A DNA stretch of 60,918 nt from Clostridia bacterium (GTDB lineage: Bacteria > Bacillota > Clostridia > Christensenellales > UBA1242). A program made the translations under genes and the position numbers. The notes under the pieces are model-generated. The model made no database searches. It had not been told where the DNA came from and saw only the letters and a list, made by a program, of their open reading frames with translations. The DNA lies in assembly GCA_017444895.1 (NCBI GenBank), contig JAFSVR010000017.1:1-60918 (forward strand), in the 5' to 3' direction. This document shows, piece by piece, positions 9,887-18,050 of the stretch (its first letter is position 1; each line of letters opens with the position of its first letter).

Positions 9887-9947
9887 TTTATCCTTGATTA
9901 AACTGAAAAAAGCGATATAATATAAGAGAAAACATACAGGAGAGTTT

Positions 9948-11276
9948 ATGGCAAAACTACCACTTGTTGCTATTGTTGGCAGGCCAAATGTTGGCAAGAG
10001 CACATTATTCAATAGAATTGCTGGCAGAAGAATCAGCATTGTTCAAGACGAGCCCGGAGTAACAAGGGATCGTATTTTTGCTGAAGCAGAATGGAGCGGA
10101 AAAAACTTTTCTGTTGTTGATACTGGTGGAATTGATTTAACGGCAAATGATGAAATTGGCAAACATATTTTGATCCAAGCAGAAATTGCTGTTGAGATGA
10201 GTGATGTTGTTGTTTTTGTTGTTGATGGCAAAGATGGCCTAACCAGTAGTGACACAGACGTTGCCAACAAACTTAGAAAAAGCAAAAAACCAATTATTCT
10301 TGCAGTGAATAAGCTGGATAATTATAGCACCGAACTTGTTTACGATTTCTATTCTTTGGGCTTTAAGCAGGTGGTTCCAATTTCAAGCACACAGGGCAAA
10401 GGAGTTGGAGATTTGCTTGACGCTGTTGTTGAATCTTTTCCAAAAACGCAAAATGATGAGGTTGATGATTCCCTCAAAATTGCAATTGTTGGAAAGCCAA
10501 ATGCCGGGAAAAGTAGCATAATCAACAGGCTTTTGGGCGAGAATAGGGTTATTGTTAGTTCTGTTGCGGGAACAACGAGAGATGCTGTTGATGTTCCTTT
10601 CAACTATAACAAGCAAAAATACACACTGATTGACACTGCAGGAATGAGGAGAAAATCTAAAATTGAAGATGAGAGCATTGAAAAATACAGTATCTTCAGA
10701 ACAATAGACAGCATAAGAAGGGCTGATGTTTGCGTTTTGGTTGTTGATTCTAGCGAAGAGCTCAGCGAGCAAGATGTTAAGATTGCAGGGCTAATTAAGG
10801 AAGAAGAAAAGCCAATCGTTGTTGTTATGAATAAGTGGGATTTGATTGAAAAAGATACCAGCACAATGAACAAGTTTAATGAAAAGTTGCTTTGTGATTT
10901 GGCTTTCATGAGCTATTTTAAGTCTGTTTATCTTTCTGCGTTAACCGGAAAAAGGATGGAGAAACTTATGCAGGCGGTTTGTGAGGTGTATGCAAACACT
11001 AACCGAAAGATAACAACCGGAACTCTTAATGACCTTATTCAAGATGCAATGATTTCTTCGGCTCCGCCTAGCAAAAATGGCAAAAGGCTTAAAATATATT
11101 ACGCAACTCAAACAGGAGTGCAACCACCTCAATTCACCTTGTTTGTTAACGATAATAAATGCTTAACAGATAACTACGTTCGCTATCTTGAAAACTGCAT
11201 CCGCAAGTCTGTGGATTTTTCAGGAACGCCAATAAAAATCTTTGTTAAAGCCAAAAGAGAGGAGGATATAAAGTGA
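9948..11276 (+). CDS. der: ribosome-associated GTPase Der/EngA
   Basis: Two tandem GTPase domains (GRPNVGKST and GKPNAGKSS) plus KH-like C-terminus. Confidence 0.95.
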   Translation: MAKLPLVAIVGRPNVGKSTLFNRIAGRRISIVQDEPGVTRDRIFAEAEWSGKNFSVVDTGGIDLTANDEIGKHILIQAEIAVEMSDVVVFVVDGKDGLTSSDTDVANKLRKSKKPIILAVNKLDNYSTELVYDFYSLGFKQVVPISSTQGKGVGDLLDAVVESFPKTQNDEVDDSLKIAIVGKPNAGKSSIINRLLGENRVIVSSVAGTTRDAVDVPFNYNKQKYTLIDTAGMRRKSKIEDESIEKYSIFRTIDSIRRADVCVLVVDSSEELSEQDVKIAGLIKEEEKPIVVVMNKWDLIEKDTSTMNKFNEKLLCDLAFMSYFKSVYLSALTGKRMEKLMQAVCEVYANTNRKITTGTLNDLIQDAMISSAPPSKNGKRLKIYYATQTGVQPPQFTLFVNDNKCLTDNYVRYLENCIRKSVDFSGTPIKIFVKAKREEDIK

Positions 11277-11926
11277 TTTGGTGGCATATTGTTTTAGTGG
11301 CTCTTTGCTCATACTTAATTGGCAATATTTCTATTGCAAGAATCATAAGCAAGCGTAAGCATGCCGACGTAACAAAACTTGGAAGCGGAAACCCGGGAAG
11401 CACTAATATGCTCCGCAACTTTGGTTTCAAAATTGGTTTTTTGAACTTTCTTCTTGACGTTTTGAAAGGGGTTGTTCCAACGCTAATAACATACATTATT
11501 TTTGGAAGTAAGGTTATGCTGTATATCGCTGGTGTTTCAGCCATCTTAGGCCATATATATCCAGTGTTTTTCAAGTTCAAAGGCGGAAAGGGGATTGCTT
11601 CCATGCTTGGAGTTTTCCTTGTTGCCAATCCAATCGTAACTGTAATTGTAATTTTGATTGCGGCTTGTTCATGGCTTTGCTTTGAATATGGTTCTGTTGC
11701 AAGTTTCTTGTGTGTTACGGCGCTCACAGTTATTGAGGGCATAAACGCAAAGAACCTTCCAATGCCAGACCAAAATATTGTTTGCATATTGCTCTTTGCA
11801 ATTTTCTGCTTCACGTGGTGGGCGCATAGGGGAAATATTAATCGCTTATTGGTTGGTAAGGAGAGCAAAGTAAGCTTGATTAAATCAACTAAAAAGAAAT
11901 TAAAAATCAGTAAAAAGGAAGATTAA
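11273..11926 (+). CDS. plsY: glycerol-3-phosphate acyltransferase PlsY
   Basis: GSGNPGSTN motif, multi-TM, GTG start overlapping the der stop; conserved der-plsY pairing. Confidence 0.9.
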   Translation: MIWWHIVLVALCSYLIGNISIARIISKRKHADVTKLGSGNPGSTNMLRNFGFKIGFLNFLLDVLKGVVPTLITYIIFGSKVMLYIAGVSAILGHIYPVFFKFKGGKGIASMLGVFLVANPIVTVIVILIAACSWLCFEYGSVASFLCVTALTVIEGINAKNLPMPDQNIVCILLFAIFCFTWWAHRGNINRLLVGKESKVSLIKSTKKKLKISKKED

Positions 11927-11927
11927 A

Positions 11928-12395
11928 ATGAAAAATAACGGAAGCGTTATAGAAATCATAATGGCAACCCTTGGATATATTGAGGGTGTTATTTTGTGTC
12001 TTTCGTTAGTTTTTTTGCCTTTGGGAATCTATGTGATTGCTGGCGCCAATTATTTTATGATGTGCACCAAGTTGAACGATAATGAGATTATGGCGGTGGC
12101 GGGGCATATTAAGGCCTATTCTATCTTTTTCAGCATAGTTTTGTTCCCAATTGGGCTTCTTAGTTTGGCAATTGTTCCGCTTTGCAGGAGCAATAAGGTT
12201 TCGGTTGAAGATGCACCAATGGAAGGTTTTGTTCAAACAGAAGAACAAAAATCAAGCGAACCAACAGAGCCACAATTTCAACGTGTTGTTTCTGAGGAAG
12301 AGCTTGAAAAATTTGAGCAACTTAAAAAGTATAGGGAACAGGGTTTGATAACCGAGGAGGAGTTTAGTCGAGCGAAGGAGGAGTTGTTTGGGTAA
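11928..12395 (+). CDS. membrane protein with C-terminal SHOCT-like domain
   Basis: Hydrophobic N-terminal half; C-terminal LKKYREQGLITEEEFSRAKEELFG resembles the SHOCT short oligomerisation motif. Confidence 0.6.
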   Translation: MKNNGSVIEIIMATLGYIEGVILCLSLVFLPLGIYVIAGANYFMMCTKLNDNEIMAVAGHIKAYSIFFSIVLFPIGLLSLAIVPLCRSNKVSVEDAPMEGFVQTEEQKSSEPTEPQFQRVVSEEELEKFEQLKKYREQGLITEEEFSRAKEELFG

Positions 12396-12415
12396 AACTT
12401 CCAAATTTAGCGAAT

Positions 12416-12492
12416 AAGAAACAAAACAGCGAGTCTCGCATGCTTGGCAGTACAAAGAGTACAGCCTGCGCAAGACTCGCTCTTGTTTTCTT
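12416..12492. other. ~77-nt imperfect hairpin flanked by 15-nt direct repeats (candidate structured RNA / small element)
   Basis: AAGAAACAAAACAGCGAGTCT pairs with AGACTCGCTCTTGTTTTCTT (9 perfect bp core), inner GGCAGTAC-aaaga-GTACAGCC; flanked by TTCCAAATTTAGCGA (12399-12413) and TTCTAAATTTAGCGA (12527-12541). Confidence 0.4.
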
Positions 12493-12555
12493 GCTTCTTC
12501 ATCAAAGTTTGTAAGTTTTGCAAACGTTCTAAATTTAGCGACTCGAACAGAAATT

Positions 12556-12596
12556 AAAAAAGTCCGAACCAATCTGGTATCGGGCTTTTTATTTTT
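12556..12596. terminator. bidirectional rho-independent terminator between convergent genes
   Basis: A-run, stem GTCCGAACC/GGTATCGGGC (one bulge), then TTTTTATTTTT; serves the + strand gene and rpsU on the - strand. Confidence 0.65.
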
Positions 12597-12628
12597 GCTC
12601 TATCTTATCAAAATTTGGAAGCTTATTA

Positions 12629-12808
12629 TTAACCTTTACGGTTTCTTTTCTGGGCTGCTTCAGATTTCTTTTTGCGCTTTACGCTTGGGCTAACATAGCA
12701 TTCTTTCTTTCTGATATCGCCAATAATGCCATCTTTTTGGCATTTGCGCTTAAACCTTTTAATTGCACTTTCAAGGTTTTCGTTTTGTCCAACAACGACT
12801 GTGCTCAT
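12629..12808 (-). CDS. rpsU: 30S ribosomal protein S21
   Basis: [28 protein letters not shown]... basic 59-aa S21; ATG 12808 follows GGGGTGA. The ORF extension to 12871 is not needed. Confidence 0.9.
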   Translation of the reverse strand: MSTVVVGQNENLESAIKRFKRKCQKDGIIGDIRKKECYVSPSVKRKKKSEAAQKRNRKG

Positions 12809-12880
12809 CTTTATCACCCCGCTTGTTTTTTCTTTCTGACTTATGTTAACACTTATCCGTTCCAATGTCAAGGCAAAATG

Positions 12881-13231
12881 TTAATTAAGTTGAAAATTTT
12901 TTTGCCAAAATATTTTCCTTAATTTTTTGATATCGCTTAGAAATATCCAAAATATAGCGTTCTTTCTGGGTTTCGTTAAGATCGCCGAAATGTTTTTTGT
13001 CAATAAGTTCGCCAATTGGGGAAGAAGTGTCTGGGTTTTTCTCAAGCATTTTTCAACTTTTTTGTATAGCGGGTCATCTTCAATCTTGATGTTTGTTGCA
13101 ATTAGGGCATATTGGTGAAGAGAAAGCCCGGCACTCTTGGTTGTTTTTTCTTGCTCATTATAGTTTTGGGAAATGGTTTTAAGTCTATTTTTTGCTTTTT
13201 GAACAAGAATTTTGAATTCAGATTTACTCAT
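12881..13231 (-). CDS. hypothetical protein with apparent frameshift in an A5 run
   Basis: SD GGAG + ATG 13231. After ...PLYKKVEK the frame gives an implausible W/F/basic tail. The neighbouring frame (13049 down to 12885) reads MLEKNPDTSSPIGELIDKKHFGDLNETQKERYILDISKRYQKIKENILAKKFST. Confidence 0.45.
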   Translation of the reverse strand: MSKSEFKILVQKAKNRLKTISQNYNEQEKTTKSAGLSLHQYALIATNIKIEDDPLYKKVEKCLRKTQTLLPQLANLLTKNISAILTKPRKNAIFWIFLSDIKKLRKIFWQKNFQLN

Positions 13232-13384
13232 TTTGTTTGCTCCTATGCCAAATCAGTTTAGCATAGTTGGCCATTTTGTTTGTCCTCAATGCCAAAACAA
13301 GTCAAAAGAAAACACCAATTTTGGTTTTTATCTTTTATTTGACATATTTTGCTTAAAATTTCAATAGTTACTGGTCAGTTATTG

Positions 13385-13413
13385 TTGCATATTTTGTCAG
13401 TTTTTGATAAAAT
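13385..13413 (+). promoter_or_regulatory. sigma-A-type promoter with extended -10 upstream of pcrA
   Basis: TTGCAT (13385-13390), 17 nt, TGaTAAAAT (-10 at 13408-13413). Confidence 0.5.
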
Positions 13414-13427
13414 ATATTTGTAATTTT

Positions 13428-15680
13428 ATGTCAACGATTCTAGACAATCTTAATGAAGAACAACGGTTGCCCGCTCTTGAAACTGAGGGGGCTGTTTTGG
13501 TTACCGCTGGAGCAGGGAGCGGAAAAACAAGGATGCTCACGCACCGCATTGCGCACCTTATTTGTGACCTTAACGTCAGCCCATACAATATTCTTGCAAT
13601 AACGTTCACAAACAAAGCCGCAGGCGAAATGAAAGCAAGACTGGAAAAAATGATTGGCTCGGTTGACGGAATGTGGGTTTGCACGTTCCATGCAATGTGC
13701 TCTAAGATTTTGCGTATTCATGCTGATAGGCTGGGCTACACAAAGAATTTCACAATCTATGGTGATGTTGAAAGGGAAAGGCTGATTAAAAGACTTCTTG
13801 CGGAAAACAATTTTGAAATTACGGTTGATACCGCTTGTTTCCATATCTCAAACGCAAAGAATCATTTGGTTGCGCCAGAAGACTATGATGATTTTATTGG
13901 CTACGTAAAAAACAAAGACCAAATTTGCGCAACTTATAGTGCGTATGAAAAGGAAATGCAGAGGGTTAATGCCCTTGATTTTGATGATTTGCTAACAAAA
14001 ACATACGAGCTTTTAACAAAAAACCCAGATGTTTGCGAGTTTTATCAAGACAAATTCAAATATATTCACGTTGATGAATTTCAAGACACCAACGAAGCCC
14101 AATATAAATTGGTTAAAATTCTTGCTGGGAAACACGGCAATGTTTTGGCGGTTGGCGATGAGGATCAGTGCATCTATTCTTGGCGAGGGGCAGAGCCATC
14201 AAACGTTGTGGATTTTACCAAGGATTTTGCGGGTTGCAAGGTATTCAAACTTGAACAAAACTATCGCTCAACAAAAAAGATTATTGAGCGTGCAAACACT
14301 CTTATTAAACGCAATTCAAACAGGCTAGACAAAAACCTTTGGACAAACAATAGCGAAGGAACAAGAGTTGAGGAATATTCTGGATATAATGACCTTGAAG
14401 AAGCCGAATATGTTGCAAGCACAATCAAAGAACTTGTGAGTTATGGCGAATATAATTATAACGACTTTGCAATCCTAATGCGCGTTAACGCTCTTTCAAG
14501 AGTGCTTGAAGAAAAACTCATAACTTATGGAATTCCATATAAGATTTATGGCGGTTTTAAGTTCTTTGAAAGAAAAGAGGTTAAAGATGTTATAAGCTAT
14601 TTGCGCCTTATAGATAACCCCAAAGATGATGATGCATTTATGCGCGTTCTTGCTTTCCCTAAAAAGGGAATAGGCGAGGTTACCATAAACAGCATAAGAG
14701 AAATTGCCGTTGAAAACAATATCTCAATGTTTGAAGTTATGCAAAATGGTTTTGGGCTGAGCGATGGGCTGATTCGCAAGTTGGCGCAAGTTAAAGATTT
14801 ATTCGAGCAACTTACGCCATTGCAAAACAGTATGAGCCTAACAGATTTTGTTAATAATGTTATAACTATGGCGGGCATCAAAGAAGCAATTGGCAAAGAA
14901 ACAGAAGAAGATGTTAACCGGGCTTTGAACGTTGATGAATTTGCAAATTCTGTTAAGGAGTTTGATGAATCAAATGAATCGGCAACACTTGAAGATTTCT
15001 TGCAAAGCATAACGCTTATGCGAGATATAGATACGCTTGAAGATGAAGCAAACTTTGCATCATTAATGACGGTCCACTCAGCAAAAGGCCTTGAATTTAA
15101 GGCTGTTTTCATTGTTGGCTTGGTTGAAGGCCTATTTCCTTTGTCACGTGCCATCATGGCGTCCGATCCAAACGAACTTGAAGAAGAACGCAGGCTTATG
15201 TATGTTGCAATAACAAGGGCAAAAGAAAGGTTATATTTAACTTACCCAAGAATCCGTTTTGATTATAAAACAAAACAAAATCAATATTGCTCACCATCAA
15301 GATTCCTTAAAGAAAGCACGGTTAGCTATATTGATGAACTTGATTCTTCGCCGGCTGCGCGTTCTCGTTTGGCTCTAAGCGAAATGAGACAAGGCGCAGA
15401 AAAACGCCAATCATTTGCTGGCCAAAGAGCAAATATTTTGGTTGCGAGGGATGAAGATGATGAAATCCCAACAAAACCAATACAACCACACGGCGGGGCA
15501 CTTGACAAATACAAATTAAGCGACTTTAAGCGCGGAACAAAAGTAAGTCATCCTCATTTTGGTGAGGGCGAAGTTATTGTTGAAGTAACCGATTTTTCAG
15601 GGGCTTACGTAACTATAAGATTTGAAAGCGTTGGCATCAAAACGCTGTCGCTTAAATACGCCGATTTAACAATATTATAA
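13428..15680 (+). CDS. pcrA: ATP-dependent DNA helicase PcrA (UvrD family)
   Basis: Walker A AGAGSGKT, DEFQDTN, SF1 helicase motifs; followed by ligA as in Bacillota. ORF opens at 13404; ATG 13428 gives the usual N-terminus. Confidence 0.9.
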   Translation: MSTILDNLNEEQRLPALETEGAVLVTAGAGSGKTRMLTHRIAHLICDLNVSPYNILAITFTNKAAGEMKARLEKMIGSVDGMWVCTFHAMCSKILRIHADRLGYTKNFTIYGDVERERLIKRLLAENNFEITVDTACFHISNAKNHLVAPEDYDDFIGYVKNKDQICATYSAYEKEMQRVNALDFDDLLTKTYELLTKNPDVCEFYQDKFKYIHVDEFQDTNEAQYKLVKILAGKHGNVLAVGDEDQCIYSWRGAEPSNVVDFTKDFAGCKVFKLEQNYRSTKKIIERANTLIKRNSNRLDKNLWTNNSEGTRVEEYSGYNDLEEAEYVASTIKELVSYGEYNYNDFAILMRVNALSRVLEEKLITYGIPYKIYGGFKFFERKEVKDVISYLRLIDNPKDDDAFMRVLAFPKKGIGEVTINSIREIAVENNISMFEVMQNGFGLSDGLIRKLAQVKDLFEQLTPLQNSMSLTDFVNNVITMAGIKEAIGKETEEDVNRALNVDEFANSVKEFDESNESATLEDFLQSITLMRDIDTLEDEANFASLMTVHSAKGLEFKAVFIVGLVEGLFPLSRAIMASDPNELEEERRLMYVAITRAKERLYLTYPRIRFDYKTKQNQYCSPSRFLKESTVSYIDELDSSPAARSRLALSEMRQGAEKRQSFAGQRANILVARDEDDEIPTKPIQPHGGALDKYKLSDFKRGTKVSHPHFGEGEVIVEVTDFSGAYVTIRFESVGIKTLSLKYADLTIL

Positions 15681-15694
15681 AGGAGATTTTCAAA

Positions 15695-17653
15695 ATGGAT
15701 AGCGAACTTAAAGAAATGCAAAAACTGGTTGAAGATATCAATCGATATAGCTATGCGTATTACACCCTAGATGATCCAATCATCAGCGATAAGGAGTGGG
15801 ATGCTCTATATAACAAACTTCTTGCACTTGAAGCAAAAACTGGTGTTGTTATGCCAAATTCTCCTTCAAAGCGAGTTGGCGGGGAGCCTCTAGACAAATT
15901 CAAAAAAGTTATGCATACCCACAAGATATATAGCCTAGACAAAGCGCAGTCTTTTGGTGAGATGGAAGATTGGGAACAGAGAAATCAAAAAATAACGCAA
16001 TTCAAACCAATTTATAGCGTGGAATATAAATACGATGGCTTAAACCTCAGTTTGCTATATAAAAATGGCGAATTGGTCCTTGCTTCAACACGAGGCAATG
16101 GAATAATTGGCGAAGACGTAACTAGTCAAGTCAAAACCATAAGAACAGTTCCTTTAACTATCAAATACACCGGTGAAGTTGAGGTTCAAGGCGAAGCGGT
16201 TATGCGTATCAGTGAGCTAAACAAATATAACAAAACGGCAGATGAGCCTCTTAAAAATGCACGCAATGCCGCAGCGGGAGCAATCAGGAACTTAGATCCA
16301 AAAGAAACTGCAAAGAGAAAACTGGATTTTGTTGCATATAACATTAACTATATTGAAACGCCGGAAATCATTAAAACCCAGCAAGATATCCATGATTTTC
16401 TTGTTAAAAACCAATTCTTTGTTGGAGATTATTTCAAAATTGCAGTTGGAATTGATGAAGTTAAATCTCTAATCAGCATTGTTGGGCAAACACGCAATTC
16501 CCTTGATATCTTGATTGATGGAATGGTTGTTAAGGTAAACTCAATGCAGATTCGTGAAGAACTCGGATCAACCGAAAAGTTCCCAAGGGCTTCTGTTGCT
16601 TTCAAGTTTGAGGCGGAAGAGGTCAGCACAATCCTTAATGACGTAACTTGGCAGGTTGGAAGGACAGGAAAGATAACCCCTGTTGCTGAACTTGAACCGG
16701 TTGAACTTGCTGGCGTAACCATAAGGCGCGCAACAATGAATAACTATAACGACATTTTGCGCAAAAAGGTTAAGATTAACAGCAGGGTTTTTATAAGGCG
16801 TAGCAACGAGGTCATCCCAGAGATTTTGGGGCTTGCTGAGGAATATGATAATAGCGTTGAAATCAAACAGCCAACAAAATGCCCGGTTTGTGGGGCGCCA
16901 CTTGTTGAAACTGATGCAGATATATATTGTCCAAACCACAATGGGTGCAAAAAGCAAATTATTGAAAGACTAACACACTATGCAAGCCGAGATGCAATGA
17001 ACATTGTTGGGCTTTCAAGAAAAACCATTGAAGCGTTACACGAAAAATATAACGTCACTCATTTCAGCGATCTTTATAAGATAACTCCTGAACAAATCAG
17101 GGATATTGAAGGGTTCAAGGATAAGAAAACAGACAATTTCTTTGCAGGGCTTGATAATAGCAAGCACCCAAGCCTTTCAGCGTTTATTTATGCGCTTGGG
17201 ATAGACAACATTGGCAAAAAAACAGCCAAACAACTTGCCAGCAGGTTCAAAACTTTGGAAGCTTTGAAATCTGCTTCAAAAGAAACGCTTGTTGAACTTA
17301 ATGATATTGCCGACTTAACCGCTTCATATATCTGCCACTTCTTCAGTGATGAAAATATGCTCAAAGAAATAGAGAGCCTTAAAGAAATAGGGGTTGAAGT
17401 TGCAAGCGCAGATGAAAGCGCCCTCAGTCAAAAACTTGCAGGCTTAAAATTCGTTTTAACTGGAACGCTTCCGCACCTATCACGCAACGAGGCCACCAAG
17501 ATAATTGAAGAAAACGGCGGAGAAGTGATGAGTAGCGTCAGCAAGGCAACAAACTATGTTGTTGTTGGGGAAGATGCCGGAAGCAAACTTGAAAAAGCAA
17601 GAAAACTTGGGATTAGCACAATAAGCGAAGATGAACTTCTTGCAATGGTTTAA
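15695..17653 (+). CDS. ligA: NAD-dependent DNA ligase
   Basis: Adenylation motif KYDG, four-Cys zinc finger (CPVCG..CPN..C), HhH region and C-terminal BRCT (FVLTGTL). Confidence 0.95.
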   Translation: MDSELKEMQKLVEDINRYSYAYYTLDDPIISDKEWDALYNKLLALEAKTGVVMPNSPSKRVGGEPLDKFKKVMHTHKIYSLDKAQSFGEMEDWEQRNQKITQFKPIYSVEYKYDGLNLSLLYKNGELVLASTRGNGIIGEDVTSQVKTIRTVPLTIKYTGEVEVQGEAVMRISELNKYNKTADEPLKNARNAAAGAIRNLDPKETAKRKLDFVAYNINYIETPEIIKTQQDIHDFLVKNQFFVGDYFKIAVGIDEVKSLISIVGQTRNSLDILIDGMVVKVNSMQIREELGSTEKFPRASVAFKFEAEEVSTILNDVTWQVGRTGKITPVAELEPVELAGVTIRRATMNNYNDILRKKVKINSRVFIRRSNEVIPEILGLAEEYDNSVEIKQPTKCPVCGAPLVETDADIYCPNHNGCKKQIIERLTHYASRDAMNIVGLSRKTIEALHEKYNVTHFSDLYKITPEQIRDIEGFKDKKTDNFFAGLDNSKHPSLSAFIYALGIDNIGKKTAKQLASRFKTLEALKSASKETLVELNDIADLTASYICHFFSDENMLKEIESLKEIGVEVASADESALSQKLAGLKFVLTGTLPHLSRNEATKIIEENGGEVMSSVSKATNYVVVGEDAGSKLEKARKLGISTISEDELLAMV

Positions 17654-17660
17654 TCTAATA

Positions 17661-17697
17661 AAAAAACCACCTGCAAAAGCGGGTGGTGTTTTTTTAT
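17661..17697. terminator. bidirectional rho-independent terminator (ligA / rpoZ)
   Basis: AAAAAA-CCACCTGC-aaaa-GCGGGTGG-TGTTTTTTT. Confidence 0.75.
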
Positions 17698-17700
17698 TAT

Positions 17701-17910
17701 TTATTTACGGCTGGATTTAACGATTGTGTATTTGCCGTCATAGAACTCTTGGCTTGCGACTTCAAGAGGTTTGATTCTCATGTTTTCTTTGAAAAACTCT
17801 GGTTTTTCAAGCAAAAGTTCTTTTGCGCGCTTTGTTACAACCGTGCAGAGTGCATAACGGCTTTCAGCCATTTCAATAATCTTTTCAATTGGTGGATCAA
17901 TCATTGCCAT
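17701..17910 (-). CDS. rpoZ: DNA-directed RNA polymerase subunit omega
   Basis: 69 aa, ...ESRYALCTVVTKRAKEL... typical RpoZ core; SD AAGGAG upstream. Confidence 0.85.
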   Translation of the reverse strand: MAMIDPPIEKIIEMAESRYALCTVVTKRAKELLLEKPEFFKENMRIKPLEVASQEFYDGKYTIVKSSRK

Positions 17911-18004
17911 AAAAACATTATCTCCTTAAAACAAAACCATTATACCACAACACTAGGGGTGAAAATCAAGTATTTTGAAAATTTTTTTATTTTTTTTAAT
18001 CATT

Positions 18005-18032
18005 TTGATTGTGGGGAATTTTGTTGTATAAT
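18005..18032 (+). promoter_or_regulatory. sigma-A-type promoter upstream of priA
   Basis: TTGATT (18005-18010), 16 nt, TATAAT (18027-18032). Confidence 0.45.
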
Positions 18033-18050
18033 CCATATAGGAGAAAAATT

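Noticed and set aside
11245-11868. 207-aa minus-strand ORF antisense to plsY
   Set aside because: Shadow ORF of a well-supported gene; no independent signals.
12252-12572. 106-aa minus-strand ORF across the structured 12399-12596 region
   Set aside because: It overlaps the 3' end of the SHOCT gene, begins inside the terminator, and has no SD. I treat the region as non-coding structure.
14597-15157. 186-aa minus-strand ORF inside pcrA. The same applies to 6054-6572 in clpX and 54499-54981 across ytfI/ytfJ.
   Set aside because: Shadow frames of confidently called + strand genes.
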